Below are positions 49,575-51,989 of a DNA stretch of 51,989 bases, one piece after another. The DNA is taken from the NCBI GenBank assembly GCA_036785375.1, contig JAWMAR010004386.1, positions 1 through 51,989 on the forward strand. The letters run 5' to 3'. A program made the position numbers and the translations under genes. Within the stretch, counting starts at the first letter, position 1. The number at the start of each line of letters is the position of its first letter. Under the pieces are notes generated by a model. The model was not told the DNA's origin, searched no databases, and worked only from the letters and a program-made list of their open reading frames with translations. Origin of the DNA: Leucoraja ocellata. Taxonomy: Eukaryota.

Positions 49575-50200
49575 CCTTTGTTTTTATTATTTTTATTTAT
49601 AACAAAAATAATTTAATCCATTATTAAAAATAATATTTACAGTAGAATATAAAACGAAACAAAACCCACCACCATAACACACGTCAAACAAATATCCGTA
49701 ATAAACTCCTATACAACTATATTACAAATCCCATCGAGGTTAATTTCCACCCCACGCGGTGCCCAGTGGTCTCGGAAATCCCCCGGGAGCCCGTGGACAG
49801 CGCGCGGTGCATCCCAAGTACCACCCGGGCGCGGACGTAACCCCGGAGAAGGAGCAAGCAACCGGCTCTGGCAGAGCCCTCTTCCGCCTGGCGCCGTGAC
49901 TCGCGGATGGCCAGCTGGACCAATGCTCAGACCAACCCAACCTGGACAGAGTGCGTGGCCAGCACGTGCCGCCTGGGAGGATGCCCTGAGTACAGGTATC
50001 TCTGCAGGGTCCTGAGGCGGAGAGACGCCAGCTGGGTGCGGATGAAGACCAGCGACTGACCGCCCTCCTCGCTCGGGAGACTCAGGACCGCTGCACAGAC
50101 CCAGCGCAGCAGAGGGTCCAGGCGGGCTGGGGGTCCAGACTGTCCGTCGGGACGCGGTTACAGCACAGACTGGCCGTCGGGACGGGGCAAATGTGGAGAC
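49575..50200 (-). mobile_element. Tx1/L1-clade LINE 3' fragment
   Basis: LAIRESRRQA..LRGYVRARV C-terminal motif; A-rich tail at ~49575-49620. Confidence 0.65.
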
Positions 50201-50464
50201 GGTTCCGGTCGGTGTAGGTCCGGCCAGGGTGGGTGCGGGCGTCGTGTGGTCCCAGCGGTCAGTCTGGGCTGCGACACGTCCCTGCCGGCCAGACCGGCGT
50301 CCGTCACCGCACCGGAGATCAGACTGTGCTCCCAGCCGTCCCCACGGTCAGTCTGTGCTCGGCCCCGGGACCCGCCGCCGCCGCTGGCAGCTCCGGTTGT
50401 TTGGCGAGATTTATCCCGAAAATGCCGACTGCGCTACACGACTTGTCGGACACACAACCTTGCG

Positions 50465-50720
50465 GTGAACATCGGTAAATTGGGATCCCATGAAATGGCG
50501 GGGGAAAGGCCCTTCGGCCCAACTTGCCCACACCGACCAACATGCCGGGATTATCCCGCGATAAACCGGCAACGGAGACTTTCCCTGAAAAAGCCGGTGT
50601 TGGGATCATGTCACACCTGCCTGCCTTTGGCCCTCATCCCTCTAAACCCGACATATCCATGTGCCTGTATAACTGTTTCATAAATGTTGGGATAGTCCCT
50701 GCCTCAAATAGCTCCTCTCT
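50465..50720 (-). mobile_element. CR1 3' UTR fragment with a small insertion
   Basis: aggcccttcggcccaacttgcccacacc..ctgcctttggccc..atccctctaaacc. Confidence 0.6.
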
Positions 50721-51989
50721 AGACTCGGTGCGTCTACCCGATCTATTCCCCGCGATCACCTCCATGGACGTTACAACTTCCCGGCGGGTCACCGTGAGGT
50801 TGTGTGACTGACAATGACTCCGCTCCTGCAGTTCCCGGCCCGTTCCCGGGATTAACGGGCGCTGGGTCTGCTCCCGTGTCCATCAGGCCGTGTGGAACAT
50901 GAGAATATATCCGGCCCTGTAGAACCGGGAGTGATCCCGCTGCACAGACACCGCCGGTCAGCCTCGGCTTCCACCGCTCCCCGCCCGCCCACCCCCGCGC
51001 CCACCCACGATTGGACGGCTCACAGACCCCGTCCCGTCGGTCGGTCTGGGGGTAGTTTGCCGCGATTCCCCGCCGCTCTCCAAACCATTTCACCAACGTC
51101 AACAATATCCCGGCGGCTCAGTCCAGTTTGTGCGGCGGATAATCTACCGGGTCCGGGCGCCGGGAGGTTTCCCGGGGTGAACGTGCGCCGGGAGCGTCAA
51201 TGATCACAGACGTTGATGTGGAAACGCCAACACTGTATATATTCACTAACACCGCCGTGTGTATAAACCGGGGCACACGGGGCAGCTCAGTGTCACCCAC
51301 ACGGCTGGAGGCGCGTTAACGGAGCACAGACAGCGGGAGCCGGGGGGTGGGGGTGGTGGGTCTGTTTTCCGTGTAGGTGCCGGGGGGGGGGGGGTCCGTG
51401 TAGGTGCCGGGGGGCGGGTGTCCGTTTGCCGAGGGGGTCAGAGGTCACGTTGCCGGATGTCTGGGTGTCTGGTTGCCGATTGTCCGGTTGCCCGGTAACT
51501 TGGGGGACGGGTGTCCGGTTGCCTGGGGGTGGTGCAGCAGCAACCCCCCGCCCAACCCCCACCCACACACCCCAACCCCACCCCCACCCTCAACCCTACA
51601 ACTCCCATCCCAACACTCCACCACATGGCCCTATGTGTTGGACAACATGGAAGAGACACAGGGTGATGGAATCTGGAGCAAAACACAAAGTGCTGGAGGA
51701 ATGCAGCGTGTCAGGCTGCAATAGGGGGAGAGAATGGACAGACGACGCTCTGGGTCGGGAGAGATAGGGAGCGGGCTTGTGGGGGGGAAGTGCAAAGTGC
51801 TGGAGGGGGAAAGGAGGAAGAGAAGAGGAGGGTGTAGGAGATGGTGGGGAGAGGAAGGAAGGAGGAGGGATAGGGAGAGAGAAGGGGAGAGGTGAAAGGA
51901 GGTGATGAGGTGGAGGGAGGGGGAGATTCTTCAATTCCCCACCATTTACCATGTACGTCCTATTTTGATTTGTCCTGCCAAGGTGTAGC

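Overview
Repeat-dense vertebrate genomic DNA. The repeat families (CR1 with (GAAACATA)n tails, V-SINE/HE1-like SINEs, Penelope, Rex1) and the host genes suggest a cartilaginous fish, probably a skate or ray; this is an inference. All host genes are on the minus strand: (i) an intact two-exon GPR139/142-like rhodopsin GPCR (exons 38215-38290 and 33207-34114, 327 aa); (ii) a pseudogenised paralogue (14127-15032); (iii) between them, the 3' half of an MHC class I-like heavy-chain gene (alpha3 exon 27033-27295, TM exon 26588-26695, polyA signal 25779-25784), with no recognisable alpha1/alpha2 exons in the window and a 1-nt frame deficit at the end of alpha3. The rest is a degenerate telomere-like (GGGGTTTAGA)n satellite, a Gypsy LTR element inserted in a SINE, many nested CR1 LINEs (one near full length with intact ORF1), an invertebrate-like CR1, Penelope, Rex1, Tx1, chromovirus and DNA-transposon fragments, and a decayed endogenous retrovirus combining an ERV-L/class III-type pol with a gamma-type env. 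Most ORFs in the supplied track are TE fragments or spurious. TE boundaries are read by eye and approximate unless a terminal motif is given.
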